Positions 38,527-48,193 of a stretch of DNA of 64,000 nucleotides are shown here, one piece after another. Below the pieces are notes generated by a model. That model did not search any database. It saw only the letters and a program-made list of their open reading frames with translations, and was not told the origin of the DNA. Source of the stretch: Candidatus Marinacidobacterales bacterium. Its GTDB lineage: Bacteria > Acidobacteriota > Vicinamibacteria > Marinacidobacterales > SMYC01. Made by a program: the position numbers and the translations under genes. The stretch lies in contig CBDCYI010000011.1 in NCBI GenBank assembly GCA_965224085.1, positions 256,001 through 320,000 of the forward strand, given 5' to 3'. Every line of letters starts with the position of its first letter. Positions within the stretch are counted from its first letter, which is position 1.

Positions 38527-39873
38527 CTAGATTGCCTTCGCGACGCTCACGATGGCTTCGAGGCTCTTTTCGACGTCCTCTTCGGTCGTTGCCCAGGACG
38601 AGACGCTGATGCGCATCGCGCCTCGGCCTCTCCAGTTGGTGCCGCTGCACCAGCACGTGCCCTCCTCCTGCACCGCGGCGATGACGCGCTCGGTCTGCTC
38701 GTCGCTTCCAAAGGAGACGAGCACTTGATTGAGCACGACGTCGTTGAGGATCACGTAGCCCGCGCCGTGGAGGCCGGCCGCGAAACGGCGCGCGAAGCGG
38801 CAGTGGCGTTCGATGAGCTCTCGCAAGCCCGAGCGGCCCAGAGATAAAAGCGCCGCCCAGATCTCTACGCCGCGGGCACGCCGCGAGGACTCGGGCGTGT
38901 AGTCGCAAGGCTGGCGCTCTTCGCCTTTCGGCAAATAGGCCGCTGTAATCGAGAGCGCTTGGCGCGCGGCCTCCGGGTCACGATAAAGCGCGAGCCCGTT
39001 GTCATAGGGTACGTTGAGCCACTTGTGAAGATCCGTAGCGATGGAATCGACGTCGGCGATACCCTCTGTGAGCTGGCGCGTCTCGGGCGAGGCCGCTGCC
39101 CACAGACCGAAGGCACCGTCGAGATGAATCCACGCCCCCGCGTCTCGTGCGCGTGCAGCAATCTCCGCTACGGGGTCGAAGCTTCCTGTGTTGACGTTCC
39201 CAGCTTGCAGGCAGACGATGCTTGGCGCACGTAACGTTGGAAGCTTGTCCGCCCGCACCCGTCCTTGTCGGTCGACGGGTACTTTGATGACGCGCTCTCG
39301 GCCGAAGCCGACGAGTGCGAGCGCTTGCAATAGAGTCGTATGGGCTTCGGCCCCCACGATGACTTGAACTTCAGGAGCACCGAAGAGTCCCTGCGCCTCG
39401 ACGTCCCATCCGACCTTTTCTAAAACCGCGTGCCGTCCTGCGGCCAAGCCGGAAAAGTTGCCCATGGTCGTCCCCGTGACGAAGCCGCCGCCCCAGCTCT
39501 TCGGTAGATCCAGAATCTCGCGAACCCATGAGAGCGCGGTGTTCTCGATCGCGGCGGCGACGGGTGAGCCGATGACAAAATGCGCGTTTTGATCCCACGC
39601 ACCCGCGAGCCAATTCGCGGCCAAACTCGCGGGGAGTGCTCCGCCAGTCACGAATCCAAAATATCGAGGTCCCGCATTCGCAATCGTGGCGGGCGATCCC
39701 CATTCGTCGAGTCGTTGCAACACTTCCTTGGGTGCGGTGGGTGCTTCCGGTAGCGCGCCTAAAAAAGCTCCCAACCTTGCGATCGCATCGGGTCTCGGCT
39801 CGACCGGGCGATCGGAAAGGCCGTTCAAATAGTTGACCGAGCGCGTGAGCGCATCAGAAAGGAGATCCTTCAC
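38527..39873 (-). CDS. PLP-dependent group II decarboxylase
   Basis: PRYFGFV, IHLDGAFGL and ATDLHKWLNVPY motifs. Confidence 0.9.
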   Translation of the reverse strand: MKDLLSDALTRSVNYLNGLSDRPVEPRPDAIARLGAFLGALPEAPTAPKEVLQRLDEWGSPATIANAGPRYFGFVTGGALPASLAANWLAGAWDQNAHFVIGSPVAAAIENTALSWVREILDLPKSWGGGFVTGTTMGNFSGLAAGRHAVLEKVGWDVEAQGLFGAPEVQVIVGAEAHTTLLQALALVGFGRERVIKVPVDRQGRVRADKLPTLRAPSIVCLQAGNVNTGSFDPVAEIAARARDAGAWIHLDGAFGLWAAASPETRQLTEGIADVDSIATDLHKWLNVPYDNGLALYRDPEAARQALSITAAYLPKGEERQPCDYTPESSRRARGVEIWAALLSLGRSGLRELIERHCRFARRFAAGLHGAGYVILNDVVLNQVLVSFGSDEQTERVIAAVQEEGTCWCSGTNWRGRGAMRISVSSWATTEEDVEKSLEAIVSVAKAI

Positions 39874-39888
39874 TCTTCGATTCTAAAC

Positions 39889-39912
39889 AAAAAAAGGGGG
39901 CCCAGGGCCCCC
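39889..39912 (-). terminator. Intrinsic terminator for the minus-strand sORF
   Basis: GGGGGCCC-T-GGGCCCCC followed by T7 on the minus strand. Confidence 0.75.
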
Positions 39913-39938
39913 TGTGTCCGGAGAGAAACGAAGGAAAA

Positions 39939-40088
39939 TTAATTGGCGCCTTTATCGGCGTTGGCCTTCTGATTCTTGTTTCTCTCGCGAGTTTTGGCGC
40001 GTGTTTGCGCGGCGAGGCGCCGAAAATAGCGCTGCCTCTCGGCCCAACCGCCGCGCCTTCTTCTGGCGAACATATTGTGTGCGTACAT
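39939..40088 (-). CDS. Unannotated 49-aa basic small protein
   Basis: MYAHNMFARRRRGGWAERQRYFRRLAAQTRAKTRERNKNQKANADKGAN*; AAAGGT RBS; own promoter and terminator. Confidence 0.6.
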   Translation of the reverse strand: MYAHNMFARRRRGGWAERQRYFRRLAAQTRAKTRERNKNQKANADKGAN

Positions 40089-40124
40089 TGCTTGCTACCT
40101 TTGCTTTTTCTGTCTCTTTGTATG

Positions 40125-40152
40125 TTAGACGTACGAAGCGGGGGTAAAGTTC
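40125..40152 (-). promoter_or_regulatory. ECF sigmaE/AlgU-like promoter
   Basis: GAACTT-N17-TCTAA on the minus strand, ahead of the sORF. Confidence 0.55.
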
Positions 40153-40180
40153 CCCTCTTTTTACGATAAGCTCCTCCGCT

Positions 40181-41096
40181 ATGACCGTGCGTTACAACTT
40201 GGTCCCTCGCCGGCCCTACTCGCTCGCCCGCACGGCCGCGCGTCTCGCACGCTTTCCCGAACGTGTCGATCGCTTCGAGGATGGTGTGTTTCGCCGGCTT
40301 GTTCTTCGTGAAGCGGAAGCCACTCCTTCTGCAAGTCCGCCAAGAGGGATCGCCGTCACGAGCCACGCTTCGGCTAACGCTCCACGGTGATGTCGCGCGA
40401 TCTCAGGAAGCTCGGACCGCGGCGGCCGAGGTGCTCGATCGCGTCCTCGGTACCTCGACCGACGTTCGACCTTTCTACCTACGCTTCCGGGACGATCCGT
40501 TGCTCGGGCCAATGATCAGCGAACACTTTGGCTTGCGCGTCGCCGGGCGTTTGCGGCTTTGGGACACACTGATTCAGATCGTGCTATCTCAGCAAATCAA
40601 CTTGACGCTTGCGCACGATATCCTCTGTGAGCTCGTGCAGCGCTACGGCCGAAGTGCTCGTCTCGACGGCGCGCGCTATTTCTCGTTTCCCACGACCCGT
40701 CGTTTTGCCGCACTCACCGAGACGGAGCTTCGAGGGTTTCGATTGAGCCGTGCTAAAGCCTCGACACTCATAGGGTTGGCGAGAGCGTTCGAGGCAGGAG
40801 AGATCTCCGACGGAGCGATCGGCGACATGGACAACGAGAAGGCCGTTGAGTCTCTGATGTCGTTCAAAGGCGTGGGACGATGGACCGCGGAGTTCGCGCT
40901 TCTTCGAGGGGGCGCGCGCATGGATATCTTCCCCGGCGGGGATCTCGGCGTCGTGAAGTATTTGGCGCGAGATATGCTCGGGCATGAAGGCGCGGCGAAA
41001 GAAGAGGAGATGCGTCTCTTCGCTGAACGCTGGCGTCCTTATCGAGGGCTCGCGCTCATCTATGCCTATGCCGAGCTCGCACGGAGAGGATCGTGA
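40181..41096 (+). pseudogene. alkA: AlkA-family DNA-3-methyladenine glycosylase, frameshift near 40300
   Basis: LSQQI, KGVGRWTAE, FPGGDLG and WRPYRG HhH-GPD motifs; the N-terminus lies in ORF 40181..40390. Confidence 0.8.
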
Positions 41097-41665
41097 ATAC
41101 CCCGGGCCACGCCGTCGTCAACTTGCTCGTTTTAGGAAAACGCGATCGCCGGTCTCTCTTCGCGCCGGTCGCGTTCGGCGCTGTATTGCCGGACCTACCG
41201 ATGTTCGTATTCTACGCCTATCAGAAGAGCTGGCTAAAAACACCGGAGCGGGTGATCTGGGCCGACGCCTATCACGATCTCAGCTGGCAAGCCTTCTTCG
41301 ATGTCTTCAACTCCTTGCCGCTTTTAGCACTCGGGGTGCTTGTGGCGCGCCGGCTCGCGCGCCCACACGCCGCGGTACTCTTTCTCAGCATGATGCTGCA
41401 CGCCGTTTGCGATTTCGCGCTCCATCGCAAAGACGCGCACCGGCAGTTTTTTCCATTCTCGGATTGGCGTTTTCAAAGTCCAGTCTCTTACTGGGACCCC
41501 CGGCACTATGGCGGCATCGTTACGACGATCGAGATGGTCGTGGTCGTCGCTGGAGCGGTCGTGCTTTTCAAGCAATGCCCCGGACGCGGCCCTCGCGCTT
41601 TTCTGGGCCTGATCCTTCTGTGCTACGCGGTCTACATCGGTTATGCGCTCGTCGTCTGGGCATGA
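41093..41665 (+). CDS. Hypothetical membrane protein (metal-hydrolase-like)
   Basis: MNTPGH, GAVLPD and LH..CDF.LH..DAH..F.P motifs; coupled to the upstream stop. Confidence 0.75.
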   Translation: MNTPGHAVVNLLVLGKRDRRSLFAPVAFGAVLPDLPMFVFYAYQKSWLKTPERVIWADAYHDLSWQAFFDVFNSLPLLALGVLVARRLARPHAAVLFLSMMLHAVCDFALHRKDAHRQFFPFSDWRFQSPVSYWDPRHYGGIVTTIEMVVVVAGAVVLFKQCPGRGPRAFLGLILLCYAVYIGYALVVWA

Positions 41666-41861
41666 CGGAGCACCCGAGCCACGTCGGGCAGCAGTGCTTG
41701 CGCCAGGCCGAGCGCGGGAATACGATTGGCGTGGCGGTCGACCCGTACGTCGCTTCAGCGGCCACGATCAAAAGCACCGTAGCTCCTGTCATCGACACTC
41801 TCTCCAGAACCGCCGGGGCGACTTCGAAGGCTCGGGAACGACTTGCCGAACAAGGAGGAGA

Positions 41862-42527
41862 ATGATGCTCAGGCAAAAAAAGCGTGCAGGGCTCTTGGTC
41901 ATCCTCTTGGGGGTGTCTTGTACGGGTGGCGAAAACGAGGTCGTTAATTCGTTCTTGGCCGCCATACAAAGCGGTAACGAATCTGCCGCTAAAGCAGTCT
42001 CAGTGGTCGAGTTTGCGGGAGAGGTCGTATCTTGGGAGATCGTCGAGGTCGGTCCGACGTTGACGGAGCCTTTCGCGCTCCCGGAGCTCGACGACAAGAG
42101 GTCCAAGCTCTCCCGTGAGCGCAGGCAGTTGGCCGAGCAGAACGCGTTCTTCGTGCAAGATCACAGGAGCGCCTTCGACGAGTACGAGGCCAAGCGTAAG
42201 GACGAGCCGGAATACGAGTTCGAGGGAGAGATGGCGGAATTCCAGAAGCAATGGGAAGAGAGGCGTGGCAAGCAGGAAGAGGCCGACCGTGTTGCGATCG
42301 ATTTGGGTAAAGAGATCGATAGCTTGCGTTCGGCCGCCCGGCTCTCGGTGAATGTCAACGTCAATGAGAAGTTCGTGGGCGAAGTCTCTGGGACGGAGCT
42401 GACCCTCAGAGTCAATGACGGGTCGTCTGAAAAGACCCATACGTTCACGCTGCAAAAGTTCAATATCGTCGACGCGGGACGAAACCTCAGCCCCATCGGG
42501 CGCTGGGTTATCACCGACATCAGTTGA
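41862..42527 (+). CDS. Hypothetical lipoprotein
   Basis: AGGAGGAG RBS; lipobox LGVSC; coiled-coil middle region. Confidence 0.75.
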   Translation: MMLRQKKRAGLLVILLGVSCTGGENEVVNSFLAAIQSGNESAAKAVSVVEFAGEVVSWEIVEVGPTLTEPFALPELDDKRSKLSRERRQLAEQNAFFVQDHRSAFDEYEAKRKDEPEYEFEGEMAEFQKQWEERRGKQEEADRVAIDLGKEIDSLRSAARLSVNVNVNEKFVGEVSGTELTLRVNDGSSEKTHTFTLQKFNIVDAGRNLSPIGRWVITDIS

Positions 42528-42719
42528 TACGCGTCGTTGTCGGTCGTCGTTCCGGGCGTAGCGGACACCTGAGCGCCCGATGCGACGCTCGCGAGCGGTT
42601 TTGCCACGACGGTCGTCGCTTGGTTCGCGTCGTCCGAGAAGTGCTCGAGTCTCGTGGCCGAGCTCCCGCGGGAATGAGAGCGCCGCTGTGATAGCATCTT
42701 CGCTGGGCAAACACATAGG

Positions 42720-43146
42720 AACCTCTTTCGATGCTCGAGCTTTCGAGCCTTCCCCGCGGCGCGGTCGCGAGCGGCCTCTAACACAATCTCGTTCTTTTGG
42801 GAATCCGCCGCCCGTTTGTCTTCGAGCTTCCGGTGACATCGAGATGCTCGAATCGACGGGGCTGATTCTGACTCCGCTCTTACCGCATGACGGCGCAACG
42901 CTCGACGAGCGAAGGCTCATGGCTTCAGACCGGCTCCTCATTTTCAGCGACGGGATGTACGAAGTGCTGGACTCGCGCGACCACGAATGGGGCGTCGAGG
43001 GTCTGACCGAAGCGCTGCAAGCGACACGCGACGCGAGCCCGCCGGAAGTGCTCGACGGGATCATGGACCGACGGCGAGACCACGCAGGGGGCCGTCCCCT
43101 GGATGACGACGCAACCGTTGTTTTGATCGAGCGGCTTGCCGACTAG
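42720..43146 (+). pseudogene. SpoIIE/PP2C phosphatase C-terminal fragment
   Basis: GNPPP, LLIFSDG..E and DDATVV motifs; N-terminus degraded. Confidence 0.7.
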
Positions 43147-43869
43147 TCGGGCTCCGGCTCGAAGGGTGGCACGAGCAGAATCTCGATGCGGCGGTTCTTT
43201 TGGCGTCCCGAGTCGGTGTCGTTGCTCTCGCGCGGGTGGTACTCCGAGAGCCCGCTGGCGGACAGCATCGTTGGGTCCAGATTTGCCGTTTCCTGAAGAA
43301 AGCGAACGACGTTGACGGCGCGGTGCCGCGGAGAGCTCCCAGTTCGTTGGGAAACGCTCGGCGAGACGACCTTCGATGGGAACATTGTCAGTATGTCCCT
43401 GGACTTGGATCACCCGGTTCGCGTTCGCGAGGACGGAAGCGACTTTCTCGAGCACCGCCTGGCCTTCCGGCTTGAGCGTTGCTTGACCGGAGTCGAAGAG
43501 AATCTCGTCCACCATGTCGACACGCAGTTGACCGCGCAGCCTTTGGACTTGAATCTGGCCGTCGGCAATCTCCTGCTCGAGCTCGGCAACGAGCTCGTCC
43601 TGCGTCGACTGAAGCTCGGCGAGGACCGCTTCTTTGGCCTGCACTTCGGCTTCGAGCTCCTCGCTCTCGGCTCGAACCTCATCGAGCAAGTGCTCGAGGT
43701 CCGCAACGCGGCTGTTTAGGTCCGCCCGCTCGTGTGCCATCAGGCTGGCCTCCCGCCGCGCGTCTTCGAGCTCCTTCGTCTGCGGCTGGTAGTAGAGAAC
43801 GAACGCTGCGGCCAGAACCGCGGCTACGATGAGCAGGATGGCGAGGAGGCTCAGCAGAAATCTACCCAT
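43143..43869 (-). pseudogene. OmpA/MotB-family protein, frameshift near 43325
   Basis: ILFDSG, VQGHTDN and NWELS, then RAVNVVRFL...NRRIEI in the second frame. Confidence 0.85.
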
Positions 43870-43991
43870 GGCTTTCTCCTAATTCTCGTGTTCCTCCGAT
43901 GTGTGAAGGGTACGGATAAAATTATCTTAACAAAAGGCGAGCCCCATTTACGTGTTGCAAAGTTTGCGCAGTGAGGCGTCGCCTCGCGCGC

Positions 43992-44891
43992 TTACTTTAG
44001 CGCCGCGTCCGCGACGAAAGCGAGGTGTTTCCCGGACGGGGAGACCGCGAGCCGCTTGATGTTTCGAATGCTGGACGCCGACCAGTCAGCGGCTTCACCC
44101 CACGCGCTGGACTCACCGTGGAGGGTCGCTCGGTACAGCTTGCCGCCTCGAGCCATGACCAACGTTCCGTCGGGAAACCAGGCATGGTCTTCGCTGCCTT
44201 CGAGCGTCGCTATCAGCGGGGTGACCGCTCGTGTTCTTGGGTGTAGCTCGCGAATCCACCATGTCGCATCGCTCTTGTCGACGAAGCTCATGGTGTCGCG
44301 TTCGGGAATCTTGTGAAGCGAGCGCCCCGGGTCGTTCTTTACTATCGTCGCTTCGCCTGTCGCGGCATTGGCCAGGCGCAAGGTAGGAGGCCTACCCAGA
44401 ACGAATAAGAGAAGCGTTCGCTCATCTCCCCAAACGTGGTAGCCGACGGGCGCGACGTCCGGAAGTACGAGGCTCGGGCCGGCTCCGTCGAGCGAAAAAC
44501 GCCAGAGCCTTTGCCTCTCGTCCTTCTCGACGCGAATGACCGAGAACGCGTCGCTCCCCGGTATGGGTGTTGCCGAGTATTCCGACTCCGGAGTACGGGT
44601 CACAGCACGGGTCGTTTGCGTGTCGAGATCGTAGAGCATGATGTCCGTCTGCCCGTCGGTCTGGAAGCTCGTAAAGAGAACACCCTCACCATTCGGTAGA
44701 AAAGCCGGTTGGTTGTCGTAGCCCTGCCGTCGCGTAATATTTCGAGGCGCTTCGCCGAGGCGGAGTCCATTGGCGCTCGGTGTCACTTCCACGAGATAAA
44801 TGTCAGTCGGGGGAGGGCCTGTCTGGGTAAGACCGGGATCGGGCCGAACTAGAAGGAGCGCTGCTGCTATCCAGGAAATCTTATTCGTCAT
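43992..44891 (-). CDS. TolB-like beta-propeller protein
   Basis: Signal peptide; GYDNQPAF, SEYS.TP and RLAVSPSG motifs. Confidence 0.8.
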   Translation of the reverse strand: MTNKISWIAAALLLVRPDPGLTQTGPPPTDIYLVEVTPSANGLRLGEAPRNITRRQGYDNQPAFLPNGEGVLFTSFQTDGQTDIMLYDLDTQTTRAVTRTPESEYSATPIPGSDAFSVIRVEKDERQRLWRFSLDGAGPSLVLPDVAPVGYHVWGDERTLLLFVLGRPPTLRLANAATGEATIVKNDPGRSLHKIPERDTMSFVDKSDATWWIRELHPRTRAVTPLIATLEGSEDHAWFPDGTLVMARGGKLYRATLHGESSAWGEAADWSASSIRNIKRLAVSPSGKHLAFVADAALK

Positions 44892-45039
44892 GGGAACCTC
44901 GGTCCGTGAGATAGGCGACGACGGCCGCCGCCTCGTCATCGGTGAGCCATTGCCATCCCGCTTCTCGCTGCATCCGCCTCACTGTACGCGCCCACCAAGC
45001 GCGGTCCTGATCGTGATCGTAGATTCGTTCGTGATTGTG

Positions 45040-45368
45040 GCGCAATCACGAGCACACTCAATGCGCTCTCGGTGAAGGTGCCGAGCGGTGCTTGCCGGAT
45101 CCAGGAGACTTGGTTCCGCGTAGCGTCGCAAAGTACGACGTCGAGAAGGCCGTCCTGGTCGAGGTCGACGATCGCCAGATTGGTGATCCACGGTGGCGGG
45201 TCGGCCGGCGGATCACCGATTGTGCTCTTGTCCAAAAAGTCGACGATGACGCGCTTCATGCGTGCGATCTTCCCGGCGAAAGCGGGAGTCTCAGAAGCGG
45301 GATCGTTTTCGCACGCGCTCAACAAGAGGTTCAGCCCGAAGGCCCCGATGACGATGACGCGCTTCATG
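45040..45368 (-). pseudogene. FG-GAP/VCBS lipoprotein remnant
   Basis: Lipobox LLSAC; VDLDQDGLLDV; a 30-bp direct repeat at 45242-45271 and 45350-45379; truncated. Confidence 0.65.
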
Positions 45369-45446
45369 CGTGCGATCTTATCGCAGCGCGGGAAGCGGCG
45401 AGAGGGCGTTACAATGACGGGCGATTCCGAACGCGCAGGAGGATCT

Positions 45447-46280
45447 ATGTGGAGCAAGAGGCATCCATCGAAGAAGTGGCTCACGGTCGTGGTGATGTGT
45501 ATCGCAGCGTCGGCGATGAGCCAAGAGCGGTTGGATGTGGCCAACATGCCTCGTCCGATCGAGGCGCTCGACAGCGTCTGGATCGAAGAGCTGACGATGA
45601 TGGAGGTGCGCGACGCGATCGAGGAAGGGAAGACGACCGCGCTCATCTTGACTGGCGGCATCGAGGAGAACGGCCCTTATCTCGCGACCGGCAAGCATAA
45701 CTACGTGCTGCAAGTGATGGGCGAGTCGATTGCTCGCGAGCTCGGAGATGCATTGGTAGCACCCATCGTTACGCTCGAGCCCGGGAACCCGGAGCGCGTG
45801 CGCACGCCGGGCACGATCTATTTGTCGCGCGAAACCTACAAATCCTTGCTCAGGGACATCGCGACGAGCTTGAAAACCCAAGGTTTCACGGACATCTTCT
45901 TGCTCGGTGATAGCGGCGGGAACCAGACGCCGATGCGAGAGGTCGCCGAGACTTTGATCACGGCGTGGGGTCGAGGCCTGACGCGGATCACGTTCATTCC
46001 GGAGTACTACAATTACGACGATGTGCGTGAGTTCGAAAAAAACGAGCTAGGCATTCACGAAGTGCTCGAGGGGTTGCACGATGACTACTACATTTCCTCG
46101 ATCATGATGAACGCCGATCCGACTTCCGTGCGCATGGAACAGCGCATCAAAGCGGGCAAGTTTGTCATCAACGGCGTGAGCCTGGCACCTGCGGAGAAAA
46201 CGATCGAGAACGGGAAAAAGATTATCGCGTTCCGGACCGAAGCCACCGTTGCGGCGATTCGGAAAGCTCTTGCGCGCTAG
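45447..46280 (+). CDS. Creatininase-family protein
   Basis: WIEELT..EV, TGGIEENGP, GKHN and LGDSGGN motifs; AGGAGG RBS. Confidence 0.88.
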   Translation: MWSKRHPSKKWLTVVVMCIAASAMSQERLDVANMPRPIEALDSVWIEELTMMEVRDAIEEGKTTALILTGGIEENGPYLATGKHNYVLQVMGESIARELGDALVAPIVTLEPGNPERVRTPGTIYLSRETYKSLLRDIATSLKTQGFTDIFLLGDSGGNQTPMREVAETLITAWGRGLTRITFIPEYYNYDDVREFEKNELGIHEVLEGLHDDYYISSIMMNADPTSVRMEQRIKAGKFVINGVSLAPAEKTIENGKKIIAFRTEATVAAIRKALAR

Positions 46281-46411
46281 ATAGAGAGTTCTTCACGAGC
46301 GAGCCAACGACACCCGTCAGTTCTTTGTGATTTACTCATCGCCTGTTTCGGTGACGCCGGCTCTTGAGCGCCGATGCGCTCGTCGGCTACGGCTGCGCTT
46401 TGAATGGGGCG

Positions 46412-46849
46412 CTACTTCAGAATCACACGCAGGTGGCTCGACTTGGCATCGGTCACGGACGCGATCGGAATGCCCCTATCGAAGGTCGCCAAACAACCGT
46501 CGTGTTCCACGGCGAGGCCCAGGAGATAGACATCGGTCAGCTGTCGGTAGCCTTGAACGTGCTGTGTTCGAAAGCGTCTTTCGTCGCGCATGGAGAGGGA
46601 GTCTTTCCAAAAGATGTGCTCGCTTCCGCGGCACAACGTCAATAGCCGATCGCTAGCGTCATGGATGGTCGTGTGGCGTCCGGGGTAACCTGGATTCGAC
46701 AAGACGCGTATCAGGCCGTTCTCGGTGAGCGGACACGTGGCCCACCCCGATCGGCTCGACTCCGCGAACCAATCGTGAGCTGCTTCGTGGTGGATGTGCT
46801 CCGGGTCGAAAAGAGCAACGAGGACGTTCACATCGAGGAGCGCAGCCAA
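46412..46849 (-). CDS. vapC: VapC PIN-domain toxin
   Basis: LLDVNVLVAL, CPLTENG, LTDVYLLGLA and LATFD motifs. Confidence 0.9.
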   Translation of the reverse strand: MAALLDVNVLVALFDPEHIHHEAAHDWFAESSRSGWATCPLTENGLIRVLSNPGYPGRHTTIHDASDRLLTLCRGSEHIFWKDSLSMRDERRFRTQHVQGYRQLTDVYLLGLAVEHDGCLATFDRGIPIASVTDAKSSHLRVILK

Positions 46850-46857
46850 GGAATCCC

Positions 46858-47091
46858 TCAGGGTTCGTCGAGCAGTCTCTCGACATCTTTCGAGCTGACA
46901 GGTCGTGAGCCGTCCCGAGGCGGCAACAAGGGCACTCCGTTTCGCATCGTGATCCCATCATCATCCTTGCGGCCAAGTGCTTTACGCGCCAACTCCGAAA
47001 GTATTCTGCCTGCTGTGGTTTTACGGAGTGCTGCAAGTTCCTTCGCCGCGTTCAACACGTCGTCGTCAATGTCTAATGTGGTTCGCATCAT
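46858..47091 (-). CDS. vapB: VapB/CopG-like antitoxin
   Basis: MRTTLDIDDDVL RHH-type N-terminus directly upstream of vapC. Confidence 0.88.
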   Translation of the reverse strand: MMRTTLDIDDDVLNAAKELAALRKTTAGRILSELARKALGRKDDDGITMRNGVPLLPPRDGSRPVSSKDVERLLDEP

Positions 47092-47225
47092 GAATCTATT
47101 GTATCATCATTCATCAGATGCGTGATGACTAGGACGATGTGCGTGGTAAGATTACCGCCTTCCGGACCGAAGCCACCGTCGCGGCAATCGGAAAGCGGCT
47201 TGCGCGCTAGATAGAGAGGTCTTCA

Positions 47226-47774
47226 TTGGACGTCTATTTCGTCATCAATATCGATAGCGACCCAGACCCGGAAGACACTCCGCGCCACGACGATGCGGTG
47301 ATAGAGAAATACCGCATCATGAAGAGCATCGTCGAGGAGCGCGTCGACGGCAAAGGGACGATCTGCGTTCAGACGAGCCCGATGTATCGCGATCGTTTCT
47401 TCGAGCCTCAGTTTCTCGATTTCTGGCGCGGGTGGGTGCCGGACGGCGGCGACTTGACGCTCCATCCCGAGGAGGACCTCTATTCGACGCCCGAGACTCG
47501 CCTCGCGCGCGGGTCCTATTACGGCAACGCCGCGCACATGGAGGCTGTGATCCGCCCCAAGGTCGAGTTCATGAACGCGGAAGGATTGCCGTTTGCGGCC
47601 TACAAAGGTGGTTATCACGGACTGACGATGGATATCGTCCGCATATTGGAGACAGTGGGAATTCCTATCGAATTGACCTGTGCTCCAGGGATCGAATGGC
47701 CGGAGAAATTAGGGCCTGGGGTGATGCGCCGACGAGCGCTTATTACATGTCGCCTGAAGGCCGACATCGCCTGA
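47226..47774 (+). pseudogene. Truncated hypothetical protein (deacetylase-like fold)
   Basis: INIDSDPD and LTLHPEE motifs; breaks down after about 47705. Confidence 0.55.
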
Positions 47775-47999
47775 AGGCCGACACGTGCACCGTACTCTCC
47801 CTGCGAAAGGTCGCTCGACGAGGGACGTCCGCCATTCATGAGCTCCCAGGTTTGTGTGTCGACGTCGAAGGACACAAGCACAGCGACGCGACTGTTCTCG
47901 GGCCAACGTTCGGCGACGAGGCTTCGACCGGCTGAAATTTCAGAAGCGAGAGTGCGCAAACTCTCTTCGCTCATCTGCCAACCCGGGTGCTCGGTCATG
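47767..47999 (-). pseudogene. Polysaccharide deacetylase (PuuE-like) N-terminal fragment
   Basis: WP...VAVLVSFDVD...LSQGEYGARVG, ending at a 17-bp duplication. Confidence 0.75.
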
Positions 48000-48193
48000 G
48001 TGCGACGAGCTCCAGCGCGGGGCCGACGGCGCTCAAAGGTCCGCTGATGAGCTCGCACTCGAATCCCGTGCGCGCTGAATAATCCGCCGTCGTTCCGCTG
48101 AGCCAGCCGACTGTTCCGTATTCATGGGCGCGAACCTCGCCGACAGAAACGCCGTGGGTGACGCTGACTGCCAGCGAGAGAGCGAGCATCTGA

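Larger units (their letters stand above)
46218..47225 (+). repeat. 78-bp imperfect direct repeat (46218-46295 and 47148-47225) bracketing the TA module
   Basis: Both copies read AAGATTA.CGC.TTCCGGACCGAAGCCACCGT...CTTGCGCGCTAGATAGAGAG.TCTTCA. Confidence 0.9.
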
